Shown here: in pieces, positions 13,801-27,100 of the stretch
Numbering within the stretch: the stretch's first letter is position 1
Layout of the letters: every line of letters starts with the position of its first letter
DNA from: Catajapyx aquilonaris
Lineage: Eukaryota
Direction of reading: 5' to 3'
NCBI GenBank assembly: GCA_000934665.2
Contig: JYFJ02000606.1
Coordinates: forward strand, 1-64,000
DNA: 64,000 bases
Program-made: the position numbers and the translations under genes
Notes under the pieces: model-generated
The model's database searches: none
What the model was told of the DNA's origin: nothing
What the model saw: the letters and a program-made list of their open reading frames with translations, nothing else

Positions 13801-16800
13801 GCCTTTGTGCCAAAATATTATGAATATTTAACGTACAGCCTGTTATAATAATTTGGAGCACACGCACATTTTGTCTGTGAATCCAGAATAGTCTACTCAA
13901 CATCTTAAAGAATTGATGAAAACGTATTTATTAGCAGATCTTTTTATGCTGCAAAATACATCCACTTTGAATAAGATGATAATATTGAAGTCCAAGCATT
14001 AACAGGCATGTTCCTACGAAAAAGGCATCGAATCGACTCGACCCGCTTCGTCATCGGTTCAGAGACTCGGCAAGTCCCTTGTTCCCGAGGGTTAAACGCC
14101 GAGTGACTGTTAAAAGTCTAGAGCTAAATAGTTTTCCGATATAATGCCAACATCGGAGAGTTTTGTTTGCATCTCATTTGATTATCGATGCCCCCGACTG
14201 AAGCGAGGTTTAATATGAGTGTTAATTCCGACGGCAAAAGCCATGAAAAAGTTTACCACTGATCTCAGGTCTTGTGGAAAACACTGGGCTTGCATAGAGG
14301 AAAGTTTGGGAGTAGTCAGGCCCAATTTTAGCAACGGGCTTTGGAAATTTAAACATTTTGTGCTTCCTCAAATAGCTTCAAGGACCACACAGACCAATCG
14401 GGTGTATTTTCTGCTCTACGCTAAACAGATTTTTATCGAGGTTGACCTGATCTGATCCGAACCAAACATGTCAATCGGGTGCCCCACTTTATGCTAAGAA
14501 AAACTAGTAATAATAATGGTGCACCCTCAACTTGGAAAGCAAGGTGGAAAAACTCCTTATTGATCTATCGGGAAAGTGCAACTCCTGCAGAATTAACGAC
14601 CCTCGTGCAAAATTTACCGCCCCTAAGAAAGTGAAACTTTTATTAATGTGTCAACAAAGTCCACGGGGTCTTCTGAGTAAAGAAGAGAGAGTGGGGGCTA
14701 TCCCTGTAGGAGGGAAGAAGAAGAGGAAAAAAATCAATGCGGCGACACCACCCATTCACTCTAGCCCTTACCATATACCTCCAAAAGTGCTTTGGACGTT
14801 TACCACCACAACACGGAAATGCAAGCAAGTGCTCTTCTCTGTTCTTGGGATAATCTGGTTTGCTTCAGGGGGGTAGGTTGGAGCTTGGGCTGGTTGGAAA
14901 GTATGTCTACCCTCGAAAGTAGCTGCTGCACCTCGAGGGACCTCCGCCTCTGCCAGTGCCCTCCAGTCACTTCCACTTTTGGCAAGCGTCGTCGACAATC
15001 AAACACAACCTTGGCAAACTTTCATGGAAAAAAAAGTCGCGACACTAGTCTGCATTCATTGGCTGACCATGTAATGGAAAGGCCTGATCAGACCTTGCAA
15101 TGATGGTACAGTACAGTACTGGTGGCGCTGAGAGCCGATCGCTGCAAAAAAAACGAATCGAAGCAATGTATTGCCTTTTTTTTAAATTCCGCCATGTGTC
15201 AAAATAATTTTTTTCGTTAAAATCACATTCCGGTTGCCCATCCTCCAGAAAACATTCCGGATGTAAAAGTGTGTTGACGTCAATGAATAACAGTTATCCA
15301 TAGCTGTTTAAGCTACAGCAGCTACATATATCCTGTCACTCTTTACCTTGCAATTCCCTCAGCAATTTCGCGGGCCCGCAAAGGTTGTTGAATATTTTAG
15401 GATTTAATTGGGCGAGTATTGGATATGTTTGGTGGCTGCTCTTTCCTGCCACTGCGAGTATATCATGCTGGGGGGATGACCAAAAAATGGGAGGTCGGAG
15501 GATGAAAAGGATGCTGGAGAAAATGGGGAGGGGGGTAAGGGAAAAAAATATTCCCTGGAGGGTCGTCAGGGAACAGATTACACCCCTATTCCTGTACCTT
15601 CTTGGAGAAGGCGACGGAAAAATGGGGGCAATGGTGCGGTGGGAAGAAGATTGGAAAAGTAAAGAAGGCAGCATTGCACACTCGCCTTGCACCATCCTAT
15701 CCGGTAATTGTAAAATAATATGGCATGTTGGCGCTTCAACTCCAAGCCACACGGAGGGAAAATGCGATCATGTTATTTTAATTGACCCGACTCGCAGGCT
15801 TCTGCACTTTTACATTGTAACATGAATAAGGCCAACAATGGCTCGTTGTAGATGGCTCATATTGGCATCTACCGTACGGTGAGCAGTAAAAAGTCCAGAA
15901 AATTCGTAGCACCTTGTTTCGTGCTGTTTATTGTACGGTATTGCCGCAGTACTCACACACCTTTTATTGCGATCTGAGGATGCGGCGTCTATAAAGCCCG
16001 TTTTTCTGACTCTCAAGTGCCATTCCTCGAAATGGGGCTCTTCTCAGTCAATACATTTTATCTCTCTCTCTCTCTCTTTTTTTATTCCACACTACCGAAC
16101 AAGTCCTACAATTGATTTCTTTTCATGCGACAGCGCATGTGTCTCAGACACGCTAAATCCGGACTGAAGATAAAATGTTCTTTTCATATATATGCCCTGA
16201 TTTGAAGTTTTGAGGACGAGCAGACAAAAGGACACGCTATCTTTGTATCCCCTCAAATAAGACCTCTGAACTGTTCCGTCACAATAGCATTCATAAGTCG
16301 CAAACAATCGCTTCCTTATCCCTATGTAAACAACCACGGATTATTACACCGGTTGACCCAGATTTTGAACCTCGTAGTTGACCTTCCGCTAAGCTTCACC
16401 CGAGTCATTACAAGCCCTGAATCTAACCATCTGCCACACAGCGTACCGTAAACGAACTTGTCCATTGCAGGGTGGAAATCGGTTTCCTTCAAACCCATCG
16501 GACTTGGCAATTACATTTAGAGAGGATAAGGTGTAAGCCTTGGCTCCTCCAGCAGAAGAAGCTGACCAAACAATGCCGGAGCCTTACAGATATATATATA
16601 CTTCATGGAAGGGGCTGGTATAAAACGGGCGGGATTTGCCGACACTCCGGTTCGACAGATGGCTATGAAAGTCAAAGAGTCTGATATGGAATGCGGGATG
16701 ATAATACGGGCTAAGGGAGAAATGGCTTCCCTGGAGGAAATGTAGGCTATCGAGGGACCTCTTACTTCCGATCAAGATTCGATAGCAAGGGGCTTGGATG

Positions 16801-19800
16801 GGTGGAGAAGCAGACAGTTGGTCCTTTTCAAAGGAGAAATCTCGGATGGCTTTAAAAATATATGTATCTGTGTGTCATCGAGGACACGCATTAAGAAGTA
16901 CGTTAACGGCCATTTTTATAGCCTTCGTTTCGTTAGGAGTTGGAACTTTTTTATAGTTGGACTCTCTGCATGATTTGCATTGTAATTTCCAGAATTTTTA
17001 TTTGCCATCCTGAATCGTAAAGGAGATTAAAAGAGATGCTCTCAAGCGGTTGGTGGAACATCAAAAATATTAAAATGTCTTTTTTTCGCCCCGTCTCGGT
17101 TGCAAAGGACTGGTCACAGGCTCTTTGAATTTGTGATGTGACAGAGATAGGTGGGATAAAAAGGGGATCGATTTAAATGCATCAATTTCCAAGTCACATT
17201 GTCATCCGTTAATTCCCGGGGCCCAACAGTTCATAATTGCTCATCATTGTTGAGCCCAGTTCGACAACTAAAATGGCAAATTCATTAATGTGTGATGCAT
17301 GGCAAATATTGGCCGGCTGTCATTCCGCTCGCAATATTTGCTTTGAAGTTTGGACCCCATACTGGATGCTGATGCAACCGTTTTATTAATGGCAAAATAT
17401 CACGTTAATAGTCTCTATAAAAATATTTAAATTAATTATAAACTTACCTAATCATGAGCAATTATTAAGAATGCAGCCGCTCCAATTTAATTTATTAGCT
17501 CAAAAATTGTTGTCTGGAGGAATTTTAGCTATTTCACAGGCTACGTAGTGAAATGAATTATTGCGAAAGATTTTATTATTGCAAAAATATTTTTGTACAT
17601 TATTGAGAGTTTATTCATTTAACTCAGACCAAAACGAGCATAGCTGATGAAAATTAATTTTAAATCCAAAAATGGTTGGAAAATATGTAGAACTCAAATG
17701 CCATTATTTCAAAGAGTTTATTACAGGTTTCAACATCTATCGTTGTGCATTTGACCTCGCCCTCATTGATAGAGGTGTCAAATGGCGCCATCCTGTACAG
17801 GTATTTTTTTCACAATTTTAAAATATGCGACGGCATTTATGAGCACACGTGCGTTAATCCCACTTTGCGGCCTAGTTTTGGTCCGCACTGAAGCGTACTT
17901 TATTCAACCCATTTGCGGCGCCGAATACTGCACAAGTGATGATCCTGTGACCTCGTGAATCAACGGTGCTATAGTCACTTTGATCAAGAGGGCACTACAA
18001 AACGGGCTGCTGCTTTTTCCGACTCGACCAGCTCTCACAAAAAAAAATTTTTGTTGACGGTAACACCATAAAGCCGAACCATCTGGTCTGGTCGTTCGGA
18101 GCCAAATCGTTAAATATGGTATTGGGTTTGGGATGGGAGGGATGGACAAACCTGGACACGAACAGCGGTATTTTCCCGTGTGAACACCCGCTGAAGTTTG
18201 AATTTGTGCGCACCGAACTAAGCTTTATATTTAGCAGCCTGCGGTTTCGAGCAAAAATTTATAGTGCAGTGAAGCCTTTCATAATACATGTGTCCAGGGT
18301 TTTTTTTCCGTTAGAACGGATATGATCGCGTATCTTCTGACCCAACTGTTGATTCGATGATTGTTAATACTTGGCGTGAATTAAATCAGGCGGACACTTT
18401 TTTTCATGCGTCAAGTTGACCTCATTTACAGAAAACGTACCTCAACCTAACAATTAAGAAGTAAATTGTGCTGTCGTTGGTACCACGATTATAAGAAAAA
18501 TTCTGATGCAGATCGTGAAACGATTCAGTGCGCTATTATTGATTGGCTAAGACTGAATTATTAACCAGGCTTGTCTTTCGGTCGGCAAACCGTCATTGAG
18601 AAGAGAACTAATTTGTCAGTAGACTGTTAGTCCTGCTCTCGACTAGTTGATAACAGATATTAGAGTATCAGACCTACAGATTATTTTCCGAGTGAAATCT
18701 GGTCGACATGATCGTACATTATGTAAAGGTTAATATGGTGCGTGACAATTATTTCCCACAGGGTAATACTGAGTAATTTAGGCAATTTGAACATATAAAC
18801 ACACAAGTAGTGGCCTCTCGCCTTTTGTGAAAATGTGTTTTCCCCAGACCGACAAATAGCCTCGTGATTGAACCTCTTTAGAATGCAATCGCCTTTTTTC
18901 GGAAGCACTCAGAAAAAGGGAGTTCAATTCCGTTTCATTTAAAAAAAACGAGAGAACTGTTACAGCATGTCTGGCCAATACTGCAAGAAAATGAGGTAAT
19001 TAGGTCTGGGTCCAGGATTGAGTCCCATACCCTAATCTCAGGCTCCAGCTACTCGGCCGGAAAGGGACATCCTGCATGTGTAGCCATGCTCCAGCTACCA
19101 TGTTAACGAACTCTTTTCTCCCGAATTAGCGTTTACGCCCTTGCGGCAAATGCACCTTGCCTAGCATTCGGATGTCCCGCTTTTTAAAAAGAGGACAATT
19201 TTTTTGCAATGGAGAAAGTATAGTTGGGCCGGAAAATGGTGTGGAATTTTGATAAAGTTGATATGTCGTGCTGAAGCTTCTTTTTCTGTCCCCGAATTTT
19301 TTTGGGAGGTCCAGCAGTGTGTGTAGCAGGAGCGAAGGATTCGGGAGCGGTTATGGATCCAGCCAACAAGGTGAAAGCTTGTAAAACCGAATTAGCCGGT
19401 AGCCGAGCTGGGCCATCGCATTACCTTAATCATGTCCGCATTGAATGTTAATGGGAGAGGTATTGTTGGTCTCTATAGCATTAATTGCGCCCGATTTACA
19501 TGTGCAGCGCCGTATTGCGTCTGTGAAATTGTGGCATGATGCGCCATTTCCTGTTTTGATGGACACGGAAGGAAATCGCTGCTGGCAGTTTCTGGACCCT
19601 TCGAAAAGCATTTATATTTGCAAGCATCGCAATACCGGCAAATTCTATTTTATCCCCCGATAACTTATTGCTCCATAATCAGCCTCGTAACTTTGGATGT
19701 TTAGATTTGAATTGATGGGTTATCAGTTGCCCCTCGTTCATTTTTGATCGTTTATATACCACCCACCGCGATGAAAATGGCATATTGTCATTCGGGCTAA

Positions 19801-22800
19801 TCCGGAGGGCTCTGGGATATCAACTTTTGAGCCCTGGCGACAAATTGGGATTAAACTTGACGACAGCATCTGGTAAAATTTTTAGGCGCTCTGAAGGTAT
19901 ATGGCACGTCAGGTAATTTCCAGTGTCAGTTCATGTTAGAACCGTGTAATTTTTCTGCGTGTTTATTGTATTCGTCTTTATATACGTGAAACCGATCATA
20001 TTCTGCCTCATAATCACACATTTTTGTGTATATAGTCAGGAATTTTACCATTAGGCCTACTTGTTGGATATCGAACAGCCCTAACTGCAGGAGTTGATTC
20101 GAGTTAAGACTCAGAGTGACGTGGGCCAAATAAGCATACCGCTCTTAATCGCATTTTCTCTGAATTATACTCATTATCAATGCTCCCAATTTTGCTGCAA
20201 AAATTTTCGCGACTTTTTTTCCCCCTCTCCACTCCTCAGCTCCGAGTGGGCGCAACCACTCTCTACGCACGCATAAATCCTATGATAATTGCCATAATCT
20301 GGTTAAATTAATGAGGATTCACTTCTCAAAGTTTCCTGCCAGAGAAATCTACTGGGAGTTTGCTAATGAAGGCATTTTTTTCCCCCGTCTCTCCCGCACC
20401 CAAACCTTCCGGTCAAAAATGTGTCTCTTTGCGAGGAAGAATCTTCCATCCAACTTGTTACGAAAGTGATCTATGGAGTGATGGGATTATTACGCATTAT
20501 ATCCAGCTGTTCCTGCAGGTTCGATTTTCCCCCACCAAAACTTTGGGAGAGTGGAATCCGGGAAGCTTTTCCTATGTATTAAGTAGAACCCGGGCTGGTA
20601 CAGGACAGAGATTGGAGGGGGGGGTTTTCGAGGCTCGGTGTTATTAATGGGCATTATTTCAACCATTCTGCGTAATTGAGGCCGTGACTTTGCATGACTG
20701 TCCTACTTGCAGGTGCCATTGACGTCAAAACGACGCCACTTGGTTCCCCTCCAAGGAAGACCACAAAGTCGTGGCTTGTCGCCCTTTGGAAACTCCAATT
20801 TCCAATCCCTATACGAATGAGAGACATTCCAGGGCTTGATTAATACTGCAAGCCGCTAAACCACAACCGCAGTTGCTGAAAGTCAGAATCACATACCCTT
20901 AAACCTTAAAAGACATTCAGGCCACTTCTTACGGGCAAAAATTGGCAATCTTCTAGCACACTTTAAGACAGCTGTGCCTGTAGCAGTAAAATGATTTAGA
21001 GTGTGACTTGTGACTAAAATAGTGCTGAGAGTGACAGGTTGATCTAACCACGGTCAATTTTGTGACAAGTCGTTCGTTATCGTGCAGATCGGACCTGATA
21101 TGTATTGTTCTTTGCGTTACAAGAACAGATGCCATGTCGCCCAAGTTGATGCCTTTGGCAAATTACACCGCAGAGCAATTTGTGAAGGATTGTGCTGGGG
21201 GGGCTCGACAGCAGGCTTTTTTGACAGCAGCTCCAGGGGGGGCCACCACAAAAAATGCCCAATTTTTTTTGAAGCCAAAGCTGTGGTTTCGTGATGCATT
21301 ACTCGGGGTATTATTCGCTAACATACAGAGCCCACTGCAGAAAAAGGAGCTTTGATTTATGGCCGCCACTGTAATACACACAAGAGTCTTGTTCCTAGGA
21401 AATTACCTGAGCACTCCATTATTGGGTAAATGAAGCAGCGAATTTTTTTTCCGTTTTTTTCTCCCATTGGGAAAACCAGAGAGTTTCAGTTTTTTTTCTC
21501 TCTTCCGGGAAAATCACTTGGGGAATGAAAGAAAAATGAATCGCACATAAGCCGATTTTTGCAGCTTGTATATGCCTGGAGGGGTTTTGAGACAACATGA
21601 AATTTCCTCCCCATTTTCTTAGCCTGCTAAGAACACGGCTTCATCTGGTTAGTTGGTGGTTTTGCCTTACACCAAAACCCCTTCCCTCTCTCCAAGGCCC
21701 CATCCTTCAATCCTGAACCGTGATAAATCTTCGGAGCGCGTTTAGGGAAATAATTCCCAGTTTCTAAATCAACCAAAAGTAATGTTTATGGTCTTAGCGG
21801 TATACTGAAAGCGCAGGCCTCCTTTTTTTAACATCCAAAAAGAGAGAGGGGTGAAATATTGGTAATTTATATTGTTGTCATCGGAGTTGAGACCTTGACT
21901 GAGAAGCAAGCAGGCAGGGACAATGGATGCTGGCAAACTTCCACCGAAAGTTTGGGCCTGAAAAATTTGGATGCGATGGGTTTGGCGCGATAGCCAAAGA
22001 CCGTGAAAGCTAAGAGGCGAAGATCCGCCAACTTTTTTTTTTTTGCCAAAAAAAAGTGTGGCAAGACATCAGGTGGCAGAATATTTCGCAATCACATTGA
22101 TGTATTACCAACCAAATTAGTCGTTGTTTACAAGCAATCAGACATGCAAAAATGTAGTTGCGTCATATTTTTTTGTTGTTTTCACTCCGCATGTGTATCG
22201 CGCCCTCCAGTAAAATAAAAACCGAAAAAGAGGCCCGTATCTGGTCCGTTTTATGTGGCGATTTGCACCAGGGCCAAGACGATCCATCCAGCAAAAGGAG
22301 CAGTCAGAAGCGGTTGGGTTACAAGCATAGGAAACGTATGGTCCGCGACTGCGAAGAAAACAGAGCAGAACTAAAACCCATTTCCGTCTCCAGAAGACTT
22401 CCACTGCGTTTGATAATAAATTTACACAGAGCGTGGCCGTCTCATCCGTCTTGGACGTCGCTTTTCCCCACTTTTAGGATTCGCTTTTTTTTTCTTTCCT
22501 TATCCGATGTATCCGACTCTTCTTTACAAAGGATTCCGTCCCCCCGTTTTTTTTCTTGCGTCCAATGACAGGGCATTTAAGTGAGTGAACCTAGTGAAAA
22601 TCAACGGTCCACACTGTTATCTCCAAGAAGGCGAGAAAGGTTTGCAGTAAGGAAGCAAAAAATAAGCTAGAGGAAGGAAACACATTCTTTGTCTAGGTTA
22701 TATACGTTCCTCTAATCTCAGTCTTACCTGCTTTATATACACATGGCTTGTGGGACATTTACTCTCAATTTTTATTTTTCAACATCCTTATGCAAGTCTT

Positions 22801-23938
22801 TTTACAATAGTCAAAATTTACCGCTAAGGACATTTCAATTGCTCATTGCCCGTAATAGTCGCGTTAAAGAGGGTCCCGTCACCGAGGCTAATTTCGACCG
22901 GACGAGTCCTCCGGTCTCCGTAGTTATAAATCGGCCAACGTGCTGGCCATATTTTTCGTCCGTTGGCGAGAAAGGATATGAAAATGAGGAAAGCGGCAGC
23001 CATAATTTGTAACGATCGCCACACGCCGCGAGTGGACTTTTCCCCGGGTACAAAAAAAAACAACCAAAGAGGACTGTTAGGGGAAAAGTTAAAATAAAGC
23101 CTTTTGATCGCCCCTTGCCAGACATTCCTTGCCCGTTACAATTTTGAGCTTGTTATAGAAGTGGTGAAGCTCGAAAAATACATCGGGAGAGAAAGAACTC
23201 CTTTTCCCCCCAGCCAACCAGAATATATATGTTCGTTAAGGGCCTCTGATCCCTTCGGAAATGTTTTTTTTGGAAGGCTTGGATGTGCTGGCGCCTCTAA
23301 TGGGCCTGCAACAAATGGCTCTCAGGATGATGATTATAAACGAACTGGAGGGAAAGGGAGAGACGACCAAGCAAATGACATACTGTCACCCAAACAGGAG
23401 GATTCCTTACATGCTTGATAGATTCAAGAGGGAAATTATTATAAGTACGTACAATAGTGATTGGTGCAATTGGCTGAAATTAGTTTGTGCAGACATGTCC
23501 GGATCGGCTTCTAAACAGTGTGTAAAGAGTCTGGAATCCGTAACTTCACTTTGTGTACCTCTGGACCGTAAAAGAGAGGCGTTTGAGGACAATGGCCCGT
23601 TGATTTATGGATGAGGAGCGGTCAGTCAGGGGCTGGGGCCACCCCTAAACTGGGGCCGAATTATGCAGTGCCACCCGAAACTATCGGATAGGTTAATCTC
23701 TTTCGGGAAACCAACAGGTGCTTCCTGACAGGCGGAGAGGATAAGCTTTCAGAAAACTTGAGATGAGCTCACAGTAAATGCCCTTTTTTGCGGTCCTAGA
23801 ATTTAATCCAACCTTCGAAGGCTGCGAGAGAGAGAAAAAAATCGGATTGCAGAAACGGATACGGGTCCAGCTTTGGTGCCAAAAGAGGGTTTCGCGAAAC
23901 TGCTAATTCTAGTTGCAAAAAAAGAGATAGTTACTTAC

Positions 23939-24152
23939 CTAAAACTTGTAGCTTCCGGTGCAGTCCTTTTGGCGGATGTGTGGACACTTGACACACATAA
24001 GTTCCGGAGTCGGTGAGTCGAACTTCTTTGATTCGCAAGCGCCAATTGTTGGGGTACTTGAAGTGAAGCGAGTACCGGGTGTCTCCGACGTACGTGGCTT
24101 GACCCACGGTCAAAAGCTCCAGGGTGTCTTCGTTGTTGCGTAACCACATCAC
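23939..24152 (-). CDS. dpr: Dpr-family Ig protein, coding exon 3 (rest of Ig1: VMWLR...LLTVGQATYVGDTRY...YPNNWRLRIKEVRLTDSGTYVCQVSTHPP...LQVL)
   Basis: Acceptor tttctgacag|GTG (phase 0) joins DKT|VMWLR. Contains the Ig core Trp, the D-S-G-x-Y-x-C motif and the Dpr hallmarks LLTVG..TY..D.R and CQVSTHPP. Donor TTAG|GTAAGT is phase 1. Length 214 bp. Confidence 0.96.
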
Positions 24153-27100
24153 CTGTCAGAAATAGCAACAATGTTACTGTCTATTCAGTCTTCGTTCTAC
24201 GAGTATAAATGTTAAATATTTTTGCGAATCCAAAGTTCAGCTTCAAGCTTCGCAATTAATTAAAATGGTGGGAGGGAAGGGGCGAGCTACAAATTTCACT
24301 TGCAGCGTACTTTATCATGCAATAAAGTGATGGTGAATCATCGTCACGTAGCTCCAGGAGCTTTAGTGCTTCGTTTCTCACTTTAACTCTCGCATTTGTA
24401 TGCAAAAAGGAGCGCTAATCTTATCGACCGGCTATAAATCACGCGGCAATAATAAGCGAAACATTTTCGCTGCTTCTGAAGGTAAAAAAGAACGAGCGAA
24501 AAATATAATTTTAAAAGAAAAGTTGAGAAGAAAAAGTTCAGTAACCTACACTTATTGTTTATTGCCTTATTCTGCCTGGATTGCGAATATATCCATAAAT
24601 ATCTGGGGTCCTCCGTTTTGCGGAAAAGCGAAATCTGAGGAGGCGAGAAATAACGCCATTTTTTTGGAAGATTGCAAAAATGTGCAGGCCAATCCATAAT
24701 TGGGAAATGGTTTTTGGGTTGTCTGCGCACGTTTCTGCCAGGGGAGGGGGAGGGGGGTTCTGAGAGAATCCGTGTTTCCAGAGATCTAAAGAGTCTATCG
24801 GAAGCGAAAGGTCTTTCTCTAGATAGAAAAGCGCAGCACCACCACACCTTAACCGGAGGAAAATTACTATTCCCCGCCAAAGTCCTTTATGGTACTTGCT
24901 TCTTTCCTTGTGGTTATCGAATGAAGCCTTCGGGGGAAATTTCCAGCAGGAGAAAAAGAAACTCATGTTCCGTGTATTTAGAGCAAGAGAGGTTTAACGG
25001 GGTTCAGTGGAAAGGTAACAATCAAGCGGTGAAATGTGCTGAAATTTTCATTTCACTCTGTTAAAACGAGCTGAAATATCCATTAACTAAGCAGGTGCTG
25101 TCACTCGGTTTTGAATCTCATTAATATTATACAGCGATGCATATAGGCAGGTGATTTTTTTAAACAAATTCAATTTTGAGGTTTAATTCAATAGCCACCG
25201 GTGCAGGCGGGGCCTTCAACAATAGCCAGCAAGCATTATTATTTTAGGATGATAGATGTGGAGGTGGTGGTGTCTACAAAGCGATTTAAACTTCTCTCCC
25301 AACCCCACCCACCTCGCACATCAAAGGGAAAACCCAGGGCTACGTTGCCAAGTGGAACGGAATTTTCTTCCCCTTTTCCAACACATCAGGCTTCGCTTCA
25401 AAATTTGAAAGCCTGGAGTTAATTCCTTCCAACCTTTCCTTGCCGCTGTGAATAACTATTGAAACTTTTTGCAGGGAGAGCCCCCCCCCCTCTTTTTTTG
25501 CATTGCCTTGCTCCGTTTCCTACAAAAACTTTGAAATGAACACAATTTCGTGGCCCGTCCGTGTCCATCAACCCACACCTTTTGCTCTTTAGAATCCAAT
25601 TAGTGACGCTATTTATTCTCGAGTGTGCGGTAATTGCTAAAACAGGACCGCGGGGCTACCCACCACTCTTTTATGTCTCCGGTAGTACCAAACAGTGTGG
25701 TGATATTGGACTAATAGTAATTGCCACTACTTCTATTCAATAAACAAGTGAGAAGAGTATAATTTTCTTTGTTGGCGTACTGCTTTCGAATGAACCTATT
25801 TGCATTACCGATTATTGCATCAAAGTGTCTGGATAATGAGCTGTGCAATTAGGCGGATTGCATTTACAGTACTCGAACTGTTTTGTTACCTCGTCCACCG
25901 TTGGACGTAATAGAACTTGGTGGACACTGTGTAAACGTTACTTAACACTTATCAGTAGGATACTGCTAGAGGCTCATGATTTTTAAGCTGAAATAAGAAA
26001 ACTGTTAAATAGTACCAGTTAATATGTGTACTTTTATTTCACATCGACATTATTATTTGACTTCATCATATGTTATTTTCTGCCAACTTGTGATTAGTTC
26101 TGTTCACGTTTTTGTTGCTACTTTGGAGCGATACAGTTCTTGCTATTTTTAAAGTAGCATTTTCCAAATCGCTGCTAATATTCGACACTCCTTTGGCCAA
26201 AGGCATCCGTGTGGAAAACCTCGCCTCAAAGAATATTGGCGAAATATTGTTATCTCCGTCCAGGAGACGGAGCGGCGATCCGGTGACACCCTCCGGAAAC
26301 CCGAGTTGCTCTAATGCACTTAGTGAGGAAGAGACTGACATTGTTGGATGGAAATCCGGAGAAGGGTTGGGGGGAAGGGTTAGTCCTCTCCACCACCCAC
26401 CCAGCTTTTCTACACAAACTCAAAATGCGAGGGTCTCTCTCTCTCTCTGGTGTATAGCTGGGAGGCCTCCTGATAAATGACGCCCAGGTGCGAAGGCTTT
26501 TGTTTCAACAGAGTGGAAATCGATGGGCTAGAGTTGACCTGACAAGGAAGGATTGCTCTCTAGGATGGTGTGCGTCTCATTTTCATCACTTGGTATTTTT
26601 AACGGCTGTGTTTCTGACGGTCGTATTAATCTGCTCGTCTTTTGAGTCCCGTCTCCACCACGAGGTTAATAAGGGTCGGTTGCATATAGCACCTCTCGGA
26701 ATTACTGTTTACGATTGTTTTTTTTTGATGTAGACATGTGGGGCCAAACCATATAATGTAGTGTCAGAAAACAACTTTTTCAAAGCGTTATCCTGACTGT
26801 GAAGCGCAACCTTTGCGACTCTCTTGTGCGCCTGGTCACCTATATGCCAGGATATGCTACTCCTGTTGGTTGACCCAGTCCGATATTCACGAATTGCATC
26901 CGAAGTTATGAGACACGCGGTAGTGTTTACGCTACTCTTTCTACATCAGCAGGAGAGCGTGTAAACTGTTCCAGGGTTCAAGGGATATTTTATGAATGTA
27001 TGAGGAGCTGAAGGCGTATTCGCCCCGGGTCTTTGCCCCGTGGCTTATGCATTAGTCTGTGTTTATGGCAAACATGGTTTCAGGCTTGGTTTCGTTAATA

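Noticed and set aside
17441..17465. AG|GTAAGT on the gene strand as a recursive site
   Set aside because: Upstream sequence (tgctcatgattag) lacks a real pyrimidine tract.
22722..22745. CAG|GTAAGA on the gene strand (alternative exon donor or ratchet point)
   Set aside because: Upstream sequence is purine-rich, and there is no coherent exon before it.
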